A DNA stretch of 64,000 nucleotides from a virus (lineage: Duplodnaviria; Caudoviricetes): positions 44,675 to 108,674 of the IMG/VR virus record IMGVR_UViG_3300031992_000040; one strand, written 5' to 3'. Positions 20,524 to 29,536 of the stretch are shown in pieces. Under the pieces are notes generated by a model, which made no database searches, was not told where the DNA came from, and saw only the letters and a program-made list of their open reading frames with translations. The position numbers were made by a program, and so were the translations under genes. The stretch's first letter is position 1. Each line of letters begins with the position of its first letter.

Positions 20524-21475
20524 TAATTATTAGGGCGACTTAATAGCAATATTAAGAACTTAGTTATCTAAACGGGGAAACTCTCATCGAGACAATCCCG
20601 TGCTAAATTTGTATCATTAAAAAAAGAAAAAAGGTGGATAATATGTATTATGTTTATTTGCATAATAACAAAATAAATAATAAAAAATATATTGGTATAA
20701 CCAAACAAAAACCAGAAAATAGATGGGGTTTAAATGGTTATAATTATAATAGCAGTCCATATTTCTATTCTGCTATACAGAAATATGGTTGGAATAATTT
20801 TGAACATATTATCTTATATGACAATTTAACAAAAGAGGAAGCGTGTAAAAAAGAAATAGAATTAATAAATAAATATAAAACGCAAAACAAAAAATATGGA
20901 TATAATATAATGGAGGGTGGAAGCGCACCTAGCTTACCAAAGGAAGTAAGAGATAAATTATCAAAAGCTTTAAAAGGTAATCAAAATGGTAAAGGTCATC
21001 CTTGCAATATAAATAAAAGAATAAAAATAAGCGAAGCACAAAAAGGTAGAAAATTAACAGAAGAACATAAAAGAAAATTGTCATTAGCTGCAAGCAAAAG
21101 ACACGTAGTATGTTCTAATAAAAAGAAAAGGCTTTTATCACAAAATTATCCACATAAAAAGAAAATATATTGTGTTGAAACAAACACTATATATGATTCG
21201 GTGCAAGAATGTGCTAGACAACTTAATTTACACGCAACGAATGTCACAAAAGTATGTAAAAGTATTCATCATACAACTGGTGGCTATCATTTACAATATC
21301 ATAATGATACAATAAATGCCTAACGACTATCCACATAAAACGTGGAGTAGACTCAAGCGAGTCGAAATGGTAACCTCCTCGTTAGAGGATGAAGATATAG
21401 TCTAATCTTTATGGCGACATAAAGAAGTTCATAAGAGAACTGCATAAGATTAGCGACCTTATGTGAATATTAATG
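20524..21475 (+). mobile_element. Group I self-splicing intron in nrdD
   Basis: P1 with U.G wobble (exon CCU pairs with intron GGG), core elements AAACGGGGAA / AATCCCGTGCTAA / TAACGACTA / AAGATATAGTCT, terminal G at 21475; splicing restores YHNLNTLQSRSGNQ in frame. Confidence 0.85.
20634..21323 (+). CDS. Intron-encoded GIY-YIG homing endonuclease with NUMOD-type repeats
   Basis: YVY-x10-YIG...R, GYNIMEGG, KISEAQKGRKLTEEHKRKLS; lies inside the intron. Confidence 0.85.
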   Translation: MDNMYYVYLHNNKINNKKYIGITKQKPENRWGLNGYNYNSSPYFYSAIQKYGWNNFEHIILYDNLTKEEACKKEIELINKYKTQNKKYGYNIMEGGSAPSLPKEVRDKLSKALKGNQNGKGHPCNINKRIKISEAQKGRKLTEEHKRKLSLAASKRHVVCSNKKKRLLSQNYPHKKKIYCVETNTIYDSVQECARQLNLHATNVTKVCKSIHHTTGGYHLQYHNDTINA

Positions 21476-22793
21476 TAATACATTACAATCAAGAAGCGGA
21501 AATCAACTTCCATTTACTTCTATTAATTATGGAACTTGCACATTACCAGAAGGGAGAATGGTTATTAAAGCGTTGTTAGAAGGTTCGATTGAGGGAGTTG
21601 GTAAAGTTAGAAAAACTCCGATATTCCCTTGTGGTATATTCCAATGTATGAGGGACGTAAACAGAAAACCTGGAGACCCAAATTATGACTTATTCAAATT
21701 GGCATTAAAATCTACTTCAAAAAGATTATATCCTAATTATGTTAATGTAGATTGGTCTACGAATGCAGGATATGATAAAAATGACCCTAAAACTTTTGTA
21801 AGCACTATGGGATGTAGAACATATAATGGAGCCGACATTAATGCTGAAGAAGGAACTAATCCGCAAACAAAAGACGGCCGTGGAAATATTTGTCCGGTCA
21901 CAATTATAATGCCTACGCTTGCAATGGAAGCCGATAGAGATATAGATAAATTTATGGAATTACTTGATAAAAAAATCGGAGAAGCAAAAGATATGCTTAT
22001 TGAAAGATATAATTATATTTGTTCACAAAGTCCTGAATCTGCTAAATTTATGTATGAAAATGGTTTAATGCTTGGTTATGATGGAAAAACAATAGAAAGT
22101 GCTATGAAGCACGGAACTTTAGCTCTTGGACAAATTGGTTTAGCTGAAACATTGCAAATTTTAATTGGAAAAGACCATACAACACCTGAAGGTATGAAGC
22201 TTGCTAAAAGAATAGAACAATTATTCAAGGATAGATGTGCTGAATTTAAAAAGAAATATAAATTAAATATTGGAGTATATTATACACCAGCAGAAAATTT
22301 ATGTTATACTGCTATGAAAAAGTTTAAATCTCAATATGGAGAGATTGAAAATGTTTCAGATAGAGAATACTTTACAAATTCAATTCACGTTCCTGTTTGG
22401 ATTAAAATGTCGCCATTTGAAAAAATCGACATAGAAAGTCAATTAACTGGTTATTCAAACGCCGGTTGTATCACTTATGTAGAATTAGATAGCGGCGTTC
22501 AAAACAATCTTGATGCCTTAGAAGAATTAGTTAATTATGCTATGGATAAAGATATACCTTATTTTGCAATTAATGTGCCAAATGATACTTGTTTAGATTG
22601 TGGATATACGGATGAATTTAATACTGAATGTCCTATGTGCCATAGTAATCATATACAACAGTTGAGGAGAGTTACGGGGTATTTAACAGGGGATTATAAA
22701 ACGGCATTTAATTATGGTAAACAAAAAGAAGTCGAAGATAGATATAAACACAGTCATAAAATGAAGAATTGGAACAAAAATAATGAGATATAA
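21476..22793 (+). CDS. nrdD: Anaerobic ribonucleotide reductase, exon 2
   Basis: TMGCR, GRGN, TPAENLC, YFTNS, CxxC...CxxC, RRVTGYL glycyl-radical motif; spliced product 734 aa. Confidence 0.88.
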
Positions 22794-23277
22794 TTCAATA
22801 GATAAATGTGAAGCTATTAACGGCGAAGGATTTGGGGTATCTTTGTATACACAAGGATGCCCTTACCACTGTTTAGGTTGTTTTAATCCTGAAACCTGGG
22901 ATTTTGATAAAGGTAAAGAATGGACTCAGCAAGAAGAAGACTTAATTATAGAATTTTTAAAACCAGATTATATCAAAAGATTAACAATTCTGGGTGGAGA
23001 GCCACTCATAGAACGCAATATTGAGCCGTTGACGGCACTTTTGAGAAGGGTTAAATATATTTATCCAAATAAGAAAATATGGCTTTATACGGGCAGTAAT
23101 TTTGAATTTGAAAGCATTAGATGTGATAATTTAATAGAGCACACCGACATAGTGATAGATGGACAATTCAAAAAAGAATTAAGAGATATAACTTTAAAAT
23201 GGAGAGGTTCATCTAATCAAAGAGTTATAGATGTTCAAAAAAGTTTAAAAGAAGGAGAAACAATATTATATGAATAA
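22783..23277 (+). CDS. nrdG: Anaerobic RNR activating enzyme (radical SAM)
   Basis: GCPYHCLGCFN, GGEPL, RGSSNQR; overlaps the end of nrdD. Confidence 0.9.
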   Translation: MRYNSIDKCEAINGEGFGVSLYTQGCPYHCLGCFNPETWDFDKGKEWTQQEEDLIIEFLKPDYIKRLTILGGEPLIERNIEPLTALLRRVKYIYPNKKIWLYTGSNFEFESIRCDNLIEHTDIVIDGQFKKELRDITLKWRGSSNQRVIDVQKSLKEGETILYE

Positions 23278-23437
23278 TTTAGTAAGCATATTAAAAATAG
23301 TATTTCCAGCACTAATGGTCACTGGTGCATTAGGAAGTTTAATCACAAATATAGCAACCAAAGGAAATTGGCCAACATCATTACAATGGTTTGGAGCAGC
23401 ACTATTATATACGGCATTGTTGTTCAGAAATAAATAA
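23270..23437 (+). CDS. 55-aa two-helix membrane protein (not in the ORF track)
   Basis: [55 protein letters not shown]; RBS GAAGGAG; fills the nrdG-dut gap. Confidence 0.6.
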   Translation: MNNLVSILKIVFPALMVTGALGSLITNIATKGNWPTSLQWFGAALLYTALLFRNK

Positions 23438-23453
23438 AAAGGAGAAAATAATT

Positions 23454-23879
23454 ATGGAAATTAAAATAAAATATTTTGCAGACATTGAAAAAATCGAAAA
23501 GATTGAAAAAGGAGACTGGATTGATTTAAGAGCAGCAGAAGATATAGAAATGGTTGCTGGAGATTATAAATTAATTCCTCTTGGAATTGGTATGATATTG
23601 CCAGAAGGATATGAAGCTCATATCGTTCCAAGAAGCTCTACATTTAAAAATTGGAAAATTTTGCAAACTAACTCTATGGGCGTAATAGACAATTCATATT
23701 CAGGAGAAAACGACCAATGGATGTTTCCTGCTCTTGCAGCAGATGATACAGTAATACATAAAAATGATAGAATTTGTCAATTTAGAATAGTAGAAAAACA
23801 ACCAGAAATAGAATTTACAGAAGTAGAACATCTTAATGAAGAAGATAGAGGAGGATTTGGCTCTACTGGCGAAAATTAA
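23454..23879 (+). CDS. dut: Trimeric dUTPase
   Basis: [29 protein letters not shown]; RBS AAGGAG before the ATG at 23454. Confidence 0.9.
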   Translation: MEIKIKYFADIEKIEKIEKGDWIDLRAAEDIEMVAGDYKLIPLGIGMILPEGYEAHIVPRSSTFKNWKILQTNSMGVIDNSYSGENDQWMFPALAADDTVIHKNDRICQFRIVEKQPEIEFTEVEHLNEEDRGGFGSTGEN

Positions 23880-23881
23880 TA

Positions 23882-23910
23882 TTGACCACAAAAACCCCTT
23901 GTGATATAAT
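23882..23910 (+). promoter_or_regulatory. SigA-type promoter
   Basis: TTGACC-N17-TATAAT with extended -10 TG. Confidence 0.7.
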
Positions 23911-23930
23911 TGTATCAAGGAGGGTAGATT

Positions 23931-24323
23931 ATGGAAAATACTTTAAATATAGTTAGACTTGTATTTTATTGTGCTTTTATCTTATTTATTGTTATTAGTT
24001 TGATTTGGAAAATAATAGACAGATATAGAGAAAAGCAAGCTGATAAAGCAGCCGAAAAATTTTTTGATGAAATACATCAAGGAATAAATAAGTGGAAAGA
24101 AGAAATAACTAAACCAAAAGTTAAAAGGCCAAGAAAATCAAAACAATCAGGTGCGAAAGTAGTAAAGATAAAAGCAAAAGAGCCAAAAATTGTAGTTGAT
24201 TATTCAGCGAAGAATATGAAAGAACTTAGGTCTATTGCCAAAGAAAAAGGGGTTAAAAACCCTACTACACTTAATAAAGCAAGTTTAATTAAAGCAATAG
24301 AGGAAAAAGATAATGAAAAATAA
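23931..24323 (+). CDS. Membrane-anchored protein with C-terminal Rho-N/HeH-like domain
   Basis: N-terminal TM helix; KELRSIAKEKGVKNPTTLNKASLIKAI. Confidence 0.55.
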   Translation: MENTLNIVRLVFYCAFILFIVISLIWKIIDRYREKQADKAAEKFFDEIHQGINKWKEEITKPKVKRPRKSKQSGAKVVKIKAKEPKIVVDYSAKNMKELRSIAKEKGVKNPTTLNKASLIKAIEEKDNEK

Positions 24324-24666
24324 AGAAGAAATAAAAAAGGAATTAGACCTTTATACAAACTTAGCTAAGGCCGTTAAAGAAGGCCTTGTTGTTTCTATGT
24401 TTTTGGATATCGTAGCATATATGGTTGAAGAAACAGATGATGGCAAAAAAAGTTTTGAAAAAATTGATAAACTTTATAACGATGCTAAAAATGAACTAGA
24501 AAAGGTCGATTTAAAAAACATTGAAATAAGAGACTCTGATAAACTCGTTGAGTCATTTAAAGAGCAATTAAATACTTATGAAAGACGCTTTTCAGAATGC
24601 ATTGGTTCTATAAAAGTAACTCAATGGATTTTAGGAGAAGAAGAAAAAACGAAAGAGGACGAATAG
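24313..24666 (+). CDS. Hypothetical protein
   Basis: Overlaps the upstream gene; followed by a terminator. Confidence 0.55.
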   Translation: MKNKEEIKKELDLYTNLAKAVKEGLVVSMFLDIVAYMVEETDDGKKSFEKIDKLYNDAKNELEKVDLKNIEIRDSDKLVESFKEQLNTYERRFSECIGSIKVTQWILGEEEKTKEDE

Positions 24667-24680
24667 TCCTCTTTTTTTTT
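24652..24680 (+). terminator. Intrinsic terminator
   Basis: AAAGAGGAC-GAATA-GTCCTCTTT hairpin plus T-run. Confidence 0.85.
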
Positions 24681-24690
24681 ACGCTTTTAC

Positions 24691-24719
24691 TTGACATCTC
24701 AAGGTGGGTTTATTATAAT
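24691..24719 (+). promoter_or_regulatory. Consensus SigA promoter
   Basis: TTGACA-N17-TATAAT, then RBS AAGGAGGT and the ATG at 24740. Confidence 0.85.
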
Positions 24720-24739
24720 TAAATTAAAGGAGGTATACT

Positions 24740-25039
24740 ATGGAAACGCCAAGTAAAGAATCAATGTTAATACATCAAATGTCACATTTTGAGTCGATTT
24801 TAAACGAAATGGCAGGAAGTTATTATAGTCTTGCTAAAAAAAGAATATTTGATGAAGAAATGGATAGAGATAAATATATGGTTTATGATATGGTAGATAT
24901 GCTTATACATTTAAATGCGGCTTTAGGAGAGGCAACAAAAGAAAATATTTATCCTGATTATATGGTTGAAAAATTATCAAAAGTTAAGTCATATATTGAT
25001 ACGACATTGCATTATTTTGAAGAAAGGGCAAAAAAATAA
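24740..25039 (+). CDS. Hypothetical protein
   Basis: Strong RBS and its own promoter. Confidence 0.6.
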   Translation: METPSKESMLIHQMSHFESILNEMAGSYYSLAKKRIFDEEMDRDKYMVYDMVDMLIHLNAALGEATKENIYPDYMVEKLSKVKSYIDTTLHYFEERAKK

Positions 25040-25605
25040 TGAAAATAACAAAAGATATGAAAGTTGGAGACATTTATTTAAATCCTGTTGCTGCGGATTT
25101 ATGGATTTTAAGAAAAGGTTTTCCAAATGATTATGATAATGAAGAATGGGTTTTAAGTTTAGTTCACACTGATTATGAAGAAGAATATTTGGCTGTTAAA
25201 GATTTTGTTAAACTCGGAAATATTTATGAAATAATAAGCGGATGGTCTGAAGAAAGATTTTTAGAAGATTATAAAGAAAATTATAACAGATTTTGGAAAC
25301 AAATTGTTGAAAATGAAGATGGAACTTTAAATAAAGACCAAGTTATGAGAGAACTCTGTGATTATTCTATGGTGTTAGATAATTGTGCTCAAGCATATAG
25401 CAAAATGACAAATAATATGGTATCAAAACAAAATACAAAGTTTTCTGCCGTAGAAGAAATATTTGATACTTGCTATTTAGACCGAGATATAACAACTGAT
25501 GATATTTGTGATATGATTGAAAACAACAATGATATTAATGAATTAAAAAGCGAATTAAAAAAATATTTTGGAATAATGGAGTCTAACAATGAAAATAATA
25601 AGTAA
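25039..25605 (+). CDS. Hypothetical protein
   Basis: TAATG coupling. Confidence 0.6.
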   Translation: MKITKDMKVGDIYLNPVAADLWILRKGFPNDYDNEEWVLSLVHTDYEEEYLAVKDFVKLGNIYEIISGWSEERFLEDYKENYNRFWKQIVENEDGTLNKDQVMRELCDYSMVLDNCAQAYSKMTNNMVSKQNTKFSAVEEIFDTCYLDRDITTDDICDMIENNNDINELKSELKKYFGIMESNNENNK

Positions 25606-25798
25606 TAAAGAATATCAAAAACTTAAAGAAACAAGCGAAAAATACGATTTATTAATGGGACAAACAGTGACTTTTTGGACAGGAGAAAGAAGTAGATATA
25701 AAGCTCTTCTAACTCTATCAAAAGAGGAATTAGTTCGCAGAATAATGGATATGAATAATTATATTTGTCAAACAATACGAAAGAAAGGAGGTATATAA
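25589..25798 (+). CDS. Hypothetical protein
   Basis: Operon packing. Confidence 0.5.
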   Translation: MKIISNKEYQKLKETSEKYDLLMGQTVTFWTGERSRYKALLTLSKEELVRRIMDMNNYICQTIRKKGGI

Positions 25799-26214
25799 TG
25801 TATTTAAGAATACTGCCAATGTCTAACCTCGACAAAGAATTTGCTGGGAAAACAATATCCGAAATTCAACAAGATTTTTTTGAAAATCATTTAAAGATTA
25901 ATGAGGAATATTTATATCAAAAAAATGGGCTTGATGCAGAAGATGGAGATATGGTTTTATTCCAAATGGAAAGCCAAATAATTGCTATGGCTAAAATTAA
26001 AAGTATTATTTCTTTTGAGGAACCAACAAAAGAAGATGGAAACTATGGAGCCATTATGTTTAGAGGAAACACAGTAAAAACTTTTAAACCAATAAACGCA
26101 GAGGAGCTACAAAAATATATTCCTACATTTAAAAGATTTTCACAAGTTAAACACAGATTTAAATTGGGAGAAGTAAAATTAGATGAATTATTAGATAGGA
26201 TGGAAATAAAATGA
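25798..26214 (+). CDS. Hypothetical protein, possible EVE/PUA-like fold
   Basis: GDMVLFQ..SQIIAMAKI pattern; RBS AAGGAGGT before the ATG at 25798. Confidence 0.4.
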   Translation: MYLRILPMSNLDKEFAGKTISEIQQDFFENHLKINEEYLYQKNGLDAEDGDMVLFQMESQIIAMAKIKSIISFEEPTKEDGNYGAIMFRGNTVKTFKPINAEELQKYIPTFKRFSQVKHRFKLGEVKLDELLDRMEIK

Positions 26215-26522
26215 TAAGATTAAAAAAGAAAAATAGGGAATGTTGGGTATTAAATTATGAGTCTATAAAATGGTTGAAAGAGCATTTTGAAATTTATAAA
26301 GAGGATGCTTCTAGGATAGTAAAATTAGATTATCATAAGTTTAAATACAAAAATAAAGAATATACACAGATAGAAATTATCAATATGATAATAATATTGT
26401 GCACTGAATTATTACGTATTATGGAAGAAAATAATTACAGTAAATCTGGAACTAAAGCTGAAAAAATTAAAAATGAAATTTTTGATTTATATAAACTTGT
26501 ATTCTGGGTTATGTGGTGGTAA
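26211..26522 (+). CDS. Hypothetical protein
   Basis: ATGA overlap with the upstream gene. Confidence 0.5.
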   Translation: MIRLKKKNRECWVLNYESIKWLKEHFEIYKEDASRIVKLDYHKFKYKNKEYTQIEIINMIIILCTELLRIMEENNYSKSGTKAEKIKNEIFDLYKLVFWVMWW

Positions 26523-26540
26523 TAAAGAGGGGGTGATATA

Positions 26541-26837
26541 ATGGAAAATAAGTTAAAACAATGTATAATAGATTATATTTTAGATTTAAAACAAAAAGGA
26601 TTTTCTTATAATGAAATAATGAAATCGGTTAATAAAATATTTTCACAAGTAAAAACAACCGTTGAGAAAGCAAATAAAGAATTGTGTTGTATTTGCGGAA
26701 AAAGAATAGAGGGATTTGGGAATAATGCTCAACCTATTGCAGACGGAAGATGTTGTGATGATTGTAATAGAGCTGTAATCAACGCAAAATTTGATAAAAT
26801 TTTCTCAGATGGAGATGCCGTTAATGAGAACGTGTAA
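26541..26837 (+). CDS. Zinc-finger protein
   Basis: CCICG...GNNAQP...RCCDDCN. Confidence 0.6.
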   Translation: MENKLKQCIIDYILDLKQKGFSYNEIMKSVNKIFSQVKTTVEKANKELCCICGKRIEGFGNNAQPIADGRCCDDCNRAVINAKFDKIFSDGDAVNENV

Positions 26838-27255
26838 ATTATGTAAAAATAAGTTTGGACAAAAAGGATATTATTGCCCTTCTTGTTATGCATATTTAAG
26901 AATACACCCAGAAGGAGTTTATGAATTGCCTAATGCTGGAGAAATAAGAAGGGCATCAAATGGAGACCCTATCTGTCATATTTGTGGCATGGCTTATAGA
27001 AAGTTAGGTAATCATATCGCTTTTAAACATCATATGACACAAAATGAATATAGAGATATGTTTAAATTATATCATAATACTAAGTTATCAAATTATGAAT
27101 ATATTAATAAAATGTCACAATATAATAACATTTATAAAGACATTGTTGTTAAAGAAAATTTAATAAAAGGCGGAAAGAAAACAAGGATTACTCCTGAAAT
27201 GCAGAATATGCCAAAAAGAAAATATGGCAGAGCAATTTCAGAAAAAACTGTTTAA
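26824..27255 (+). CDS. Double zinc-finger protein (C4 plus MucR/Ros-like C2H2)
   Basis: CKLC...CPSC; ICHICG...LGNHIAFKHHMT..EYR. Confidence 0.55.
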   Translation: MRTCKLCKNKFGQKGYYCPSCYAYLRIHPEGVYELPNAGEIRRASNGDPICHICGMAYRKLGNHIAFKHHMTQNEYRDMFKLYHNTKLSNYEYINKMSQYNNIYKDIVVKENLIKGGKKTRITPEMQNMPKRKYGRAISEKTV

Positions 27256-27294
27256 TTTTCACCACAAAATATTCTTTAACGATATTTACTGGAG

Positions 27295-27322
27295 AAAAAA
27301 AAGAGGTTTATGCCTCTTTTTT
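27295..27322. terminator. Bidirectional terminator where the two arms converge
   Basis: A-run-GAGG-TTTATG-CCTC-T-run hairpin overlapping the TROVE stop codon. Confidence 0.7.
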
Positions 27323-28939
27323 ATTTTCTTTATTATCCCATTGTTTAATTAGTTCTGATGCAAATAATAATTCTTTTCCTGTCCATCCGTATAGAACGGC
27401 TCCTCTATAAATATATTCTGGTATTAAAGCATTATTATATCCTGCTGTTTGTATCATAAACACGTTTACTTTTGGATTCACTTCTGCCCTATATTTATTG
27501 ATTAACTTCATTACATCGACATATTTACCACTGTTATAGTTTGTTCCGTCTATAATATAATCATCCGTTTTACCATACAAACCACCGTGTCCAGCTTGTT
27601 GGTCTGAATAAATAAATATATTATCATACCAGGTTTTTTCTCTTATTGCTGAAAGGAAGAACAACCAAATACCATTTTCTGTGCCCATACCGATTCCTTG
27701 ACGAGATTCTTCTGATATTTTTTTTGCCTCAGACAGTATACCATTTTTCTTTAATATAGAGTATTCTTTTAATCTATCTCCGAATGCTCCAACATATCCT
27801 TCATCACTTCTATGAGCAACCATTACAGAACTTAAATTACCTATTTCCGCTACTGTTACACTTCCGTATTCACTAGGTATTGCTCCCCAAGCACTTCCAG
27901 AATTGTCTGATAAACACATTGTTTTACCTTTTAACATAGGAAGTTCCCTAGAACTAATATCTATACAATCTTCTAAAGCATCCATAATGCTAGCTTTAAA
28001 ATTAATTTCACTATTTGAACATTTTTCAATTCTTTGTAATGCCGTATAGTATCTAAAAGGAAATTGTTTACCCTTCTTAACCCCGCTCTTTAATTTTGCT
28101 AATATATTATCTTTTTCTGATAAATCATCAATCTCTTTAAATATATTCTTTAAATTTCTTAGCAAGGCCATATGGGGCATATCAATAGTTCTCAATATTT
28201 CTTTAAAAGATTTTCCTTCAGAACGTAAGTTTTCCCAGGTCTTATCTTCTTCTTCAATTTCTATTGTTCCCGTAGTCATCAATTCATTTATTGCTGAATT
28301 CTTTGCGTGACAAATTCTTATTACATCTATAAGCCCAATATCTTTATTTTTATATTTTGCAATCTCATATTTTGTCATCTTTTCAATTCTATCAGCCCAA
28401 GAACGCTTTAATATTGATGGGATTTTATTTTTAGATTTATTATAATATAAGTAAAAAGAAAGTTGAGACGCAGGTTCATCGGCTCTGGCCATAATTTCGC
28501 AATTTAATTGTCTAAATAATGATGGATTTTCTTTTGAAAATTCTTCTCTTTTTGGATTTATTGCGGCTAAAACCATTATTACTTGTGGGTTTAATCTCAT
28601 ATAAAAGTTATTACGCAATTCTTTTGCCCACTCAATAGTTCCCATAAAATCATATTCTAATGAGTCTTCAATGGCCATAATCATTATTTCAGAAGTGGTC
28701 TTATTATCTGGAAATAAAAATAAACCATAATCTTCTACCAATCTATGATATTTAAATTTACCATCTCTAATACCAGAATTTCTATAATAAGCAGGCTCTC
28801 CAAATATTGAAGATGCTGAAATCATTTTTAATGTTTCAAGCGGGTCAAGCTGATAAGATACGCCACCCATAAAGTTTTCTACGGGTTTTTCTTTTCTAAC
28901 CTTATCTTCCCAATCTACAATTTTGCTTATTTTACTCAT
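27308..28939 (-). CDS. Ro60/Rsr-like TROVE + vWA RNA-binding protein
   Basis: 543 aa; N-terminal NFMGG.SY, RADEP, MALLRNL, KQFPFRY, MIDAS-like DNSGS, IYSDQQ. Confidence 0.88.
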   Translation of the reverse strand: MSKISKIVDWEDKVRKEKPVENFMGGVSYQLDPLETLKMISASSIFGEPAYYRNSGIRDGKFKYHRLVEDYGLFLFPDNKTTSEIMIMAIEDSLEYDFMGTIEWAKELRNNFYMRLNPQVIMVLAAINPKREEFSKENPSLFRQLNCEIMARADEPASQLSFYLYYNKSKNKIPSILKRSWADRIEKMTKYEIAKYKNKDIGLIDVIRICHAKNSAINELMTTGTIEIEEEDKTWENLRSEGKSFKEILRTIDMPHMALLRNLKNIFKEIDDLSEKDNILAKLKSGVKKGKQFPFRYYTALQRIEKCSNSEINFKASIMDALEDCIDISSRELPMLKGKTMCLSDNSGSAWGAIPSEYGSVTVAEIGNLSSVMVAHRSDEGYVGAFGDRLKEYSILKKNGILSEAKKISEESRQGIGMGTENGIWLFFLSAIREKTWYDNIFIYSDQQAGHGGLYGKTDDYIIDGTNYNSGKYVDVMKLINKYRAEVNPKVNVFMIQTAGYNNALIPEYIYRGAVLYGWTGKELLFASELIKQWDNKENKKEA

Positions 28940-28965
28940 ATAAATCTACCTCTTTCTAAAATAAA

Positions 28966-29089
28966 GACTCTTGAGAATAACTTAAAGACGAAATATAAGC
29001 CCTTTATATCACGGAGATATGAGCTCTAATTAAAATCCTTTTTACTAATTTACCAAAATCGAAGTATGTCTTTAACCGCTTCAAGAGTC
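28966..29089 (-). ncRNA. Y-RNA-like structured RNA, copy 1
   Basis: 9-bp closing stem GACUCUUGA/UCAAGAGUC, internal loop AGCGG/GUUAUUC, second stem UUAAAGAC/GUCUUUAA, UACUUCG; 26 nt upstream of the TROVE ATG. Confidence 0.65.
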
Positions 29090-29107
29090 ATTTAATTTTT
29101 CATTTTT

Positions 29108-29190
29108 GACATCCGAGAATAACCAAAAGAGTAATAAGTTTTAACCAAAAACTATCATAACGAAGTAACTCTTTTACCGCTTCGGATGTC
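29108..29190 (-). ncRNA. Y-RNA-like structured RNA, copy 2
   Basis: Closing stem GACAUCCGA/UCGGAUGUC, the same AGCGG/GUUAUUC loop, second stem AAAAGAGU/ACUCUUUU, UACUUCG. Confidence 0.65.
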
Positions 29191-29209
29191 TGTTCTTTTT
29201 TTTTATGTG

Positions 29210-29285
29210 TGGTGGAGCATACAGGGGTCGAACCTGCGACCTCCACGGTGCAAACGTGGCGCTCTCCCAGCTGAGCTAATGCCCC
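29210..29285 (-). tRNA. tRNA-Ala(UGC)
   Basis: Canonical 76-nt cloverleaf GGGGCAUUAGCUCAGCUGGGAGAGC...UGC...GGUUCGA...CCA with G3:U70. Confidence 0.95.
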
Positions 29286-29297
29286 AAAATATTAATT

Positions 29298-29509
29298 TGG
29301 AAAGGGAGCTACCGCTATTACTGTATCCTTTTACCTTAGTTCACTATACGTTTATAAGCGCCATTACATACTAAGAACCAAAAAAAATCAATAGGTTAAT
29401 GCTTATATAGTAAAGGGTTAACCAAAACATTCTATATACACACTACATTTTACATAACTTATTCTATTAGTCTCGTTAGTGTCATTGAGCTATCAGCAGT
29501 TGCTCCTTC
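29298..29509 (-). ncRNA. Candidate ~210-nt structured RNA between the tRNAs
   Basis: Long closing helix GAAGGAGCAACUGCU/AGCGGUAGCUCCCUUU followed by CCA; internal hairpins; no convincing ORF. Confidence 0.45.
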
Positions 29510-29536
29510 GTTTCTGCATCAAAGTTAAAACCTAAT

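Noticed and set aside
20524-20533. In-frame TAG ending the nrdD ORF, suggesting a pseudogene or stop-codon recoding
   Set aside because: The stop lies inside the group I intron, and other genes read cleanly in code 11
28966-29190. The two hairpins as simple terminators or CRISPR-like repeats
   Set aside because: They conserve internal loop sequence while the stems co-vary, and there is no repeat-spacer periodicity or cas gene
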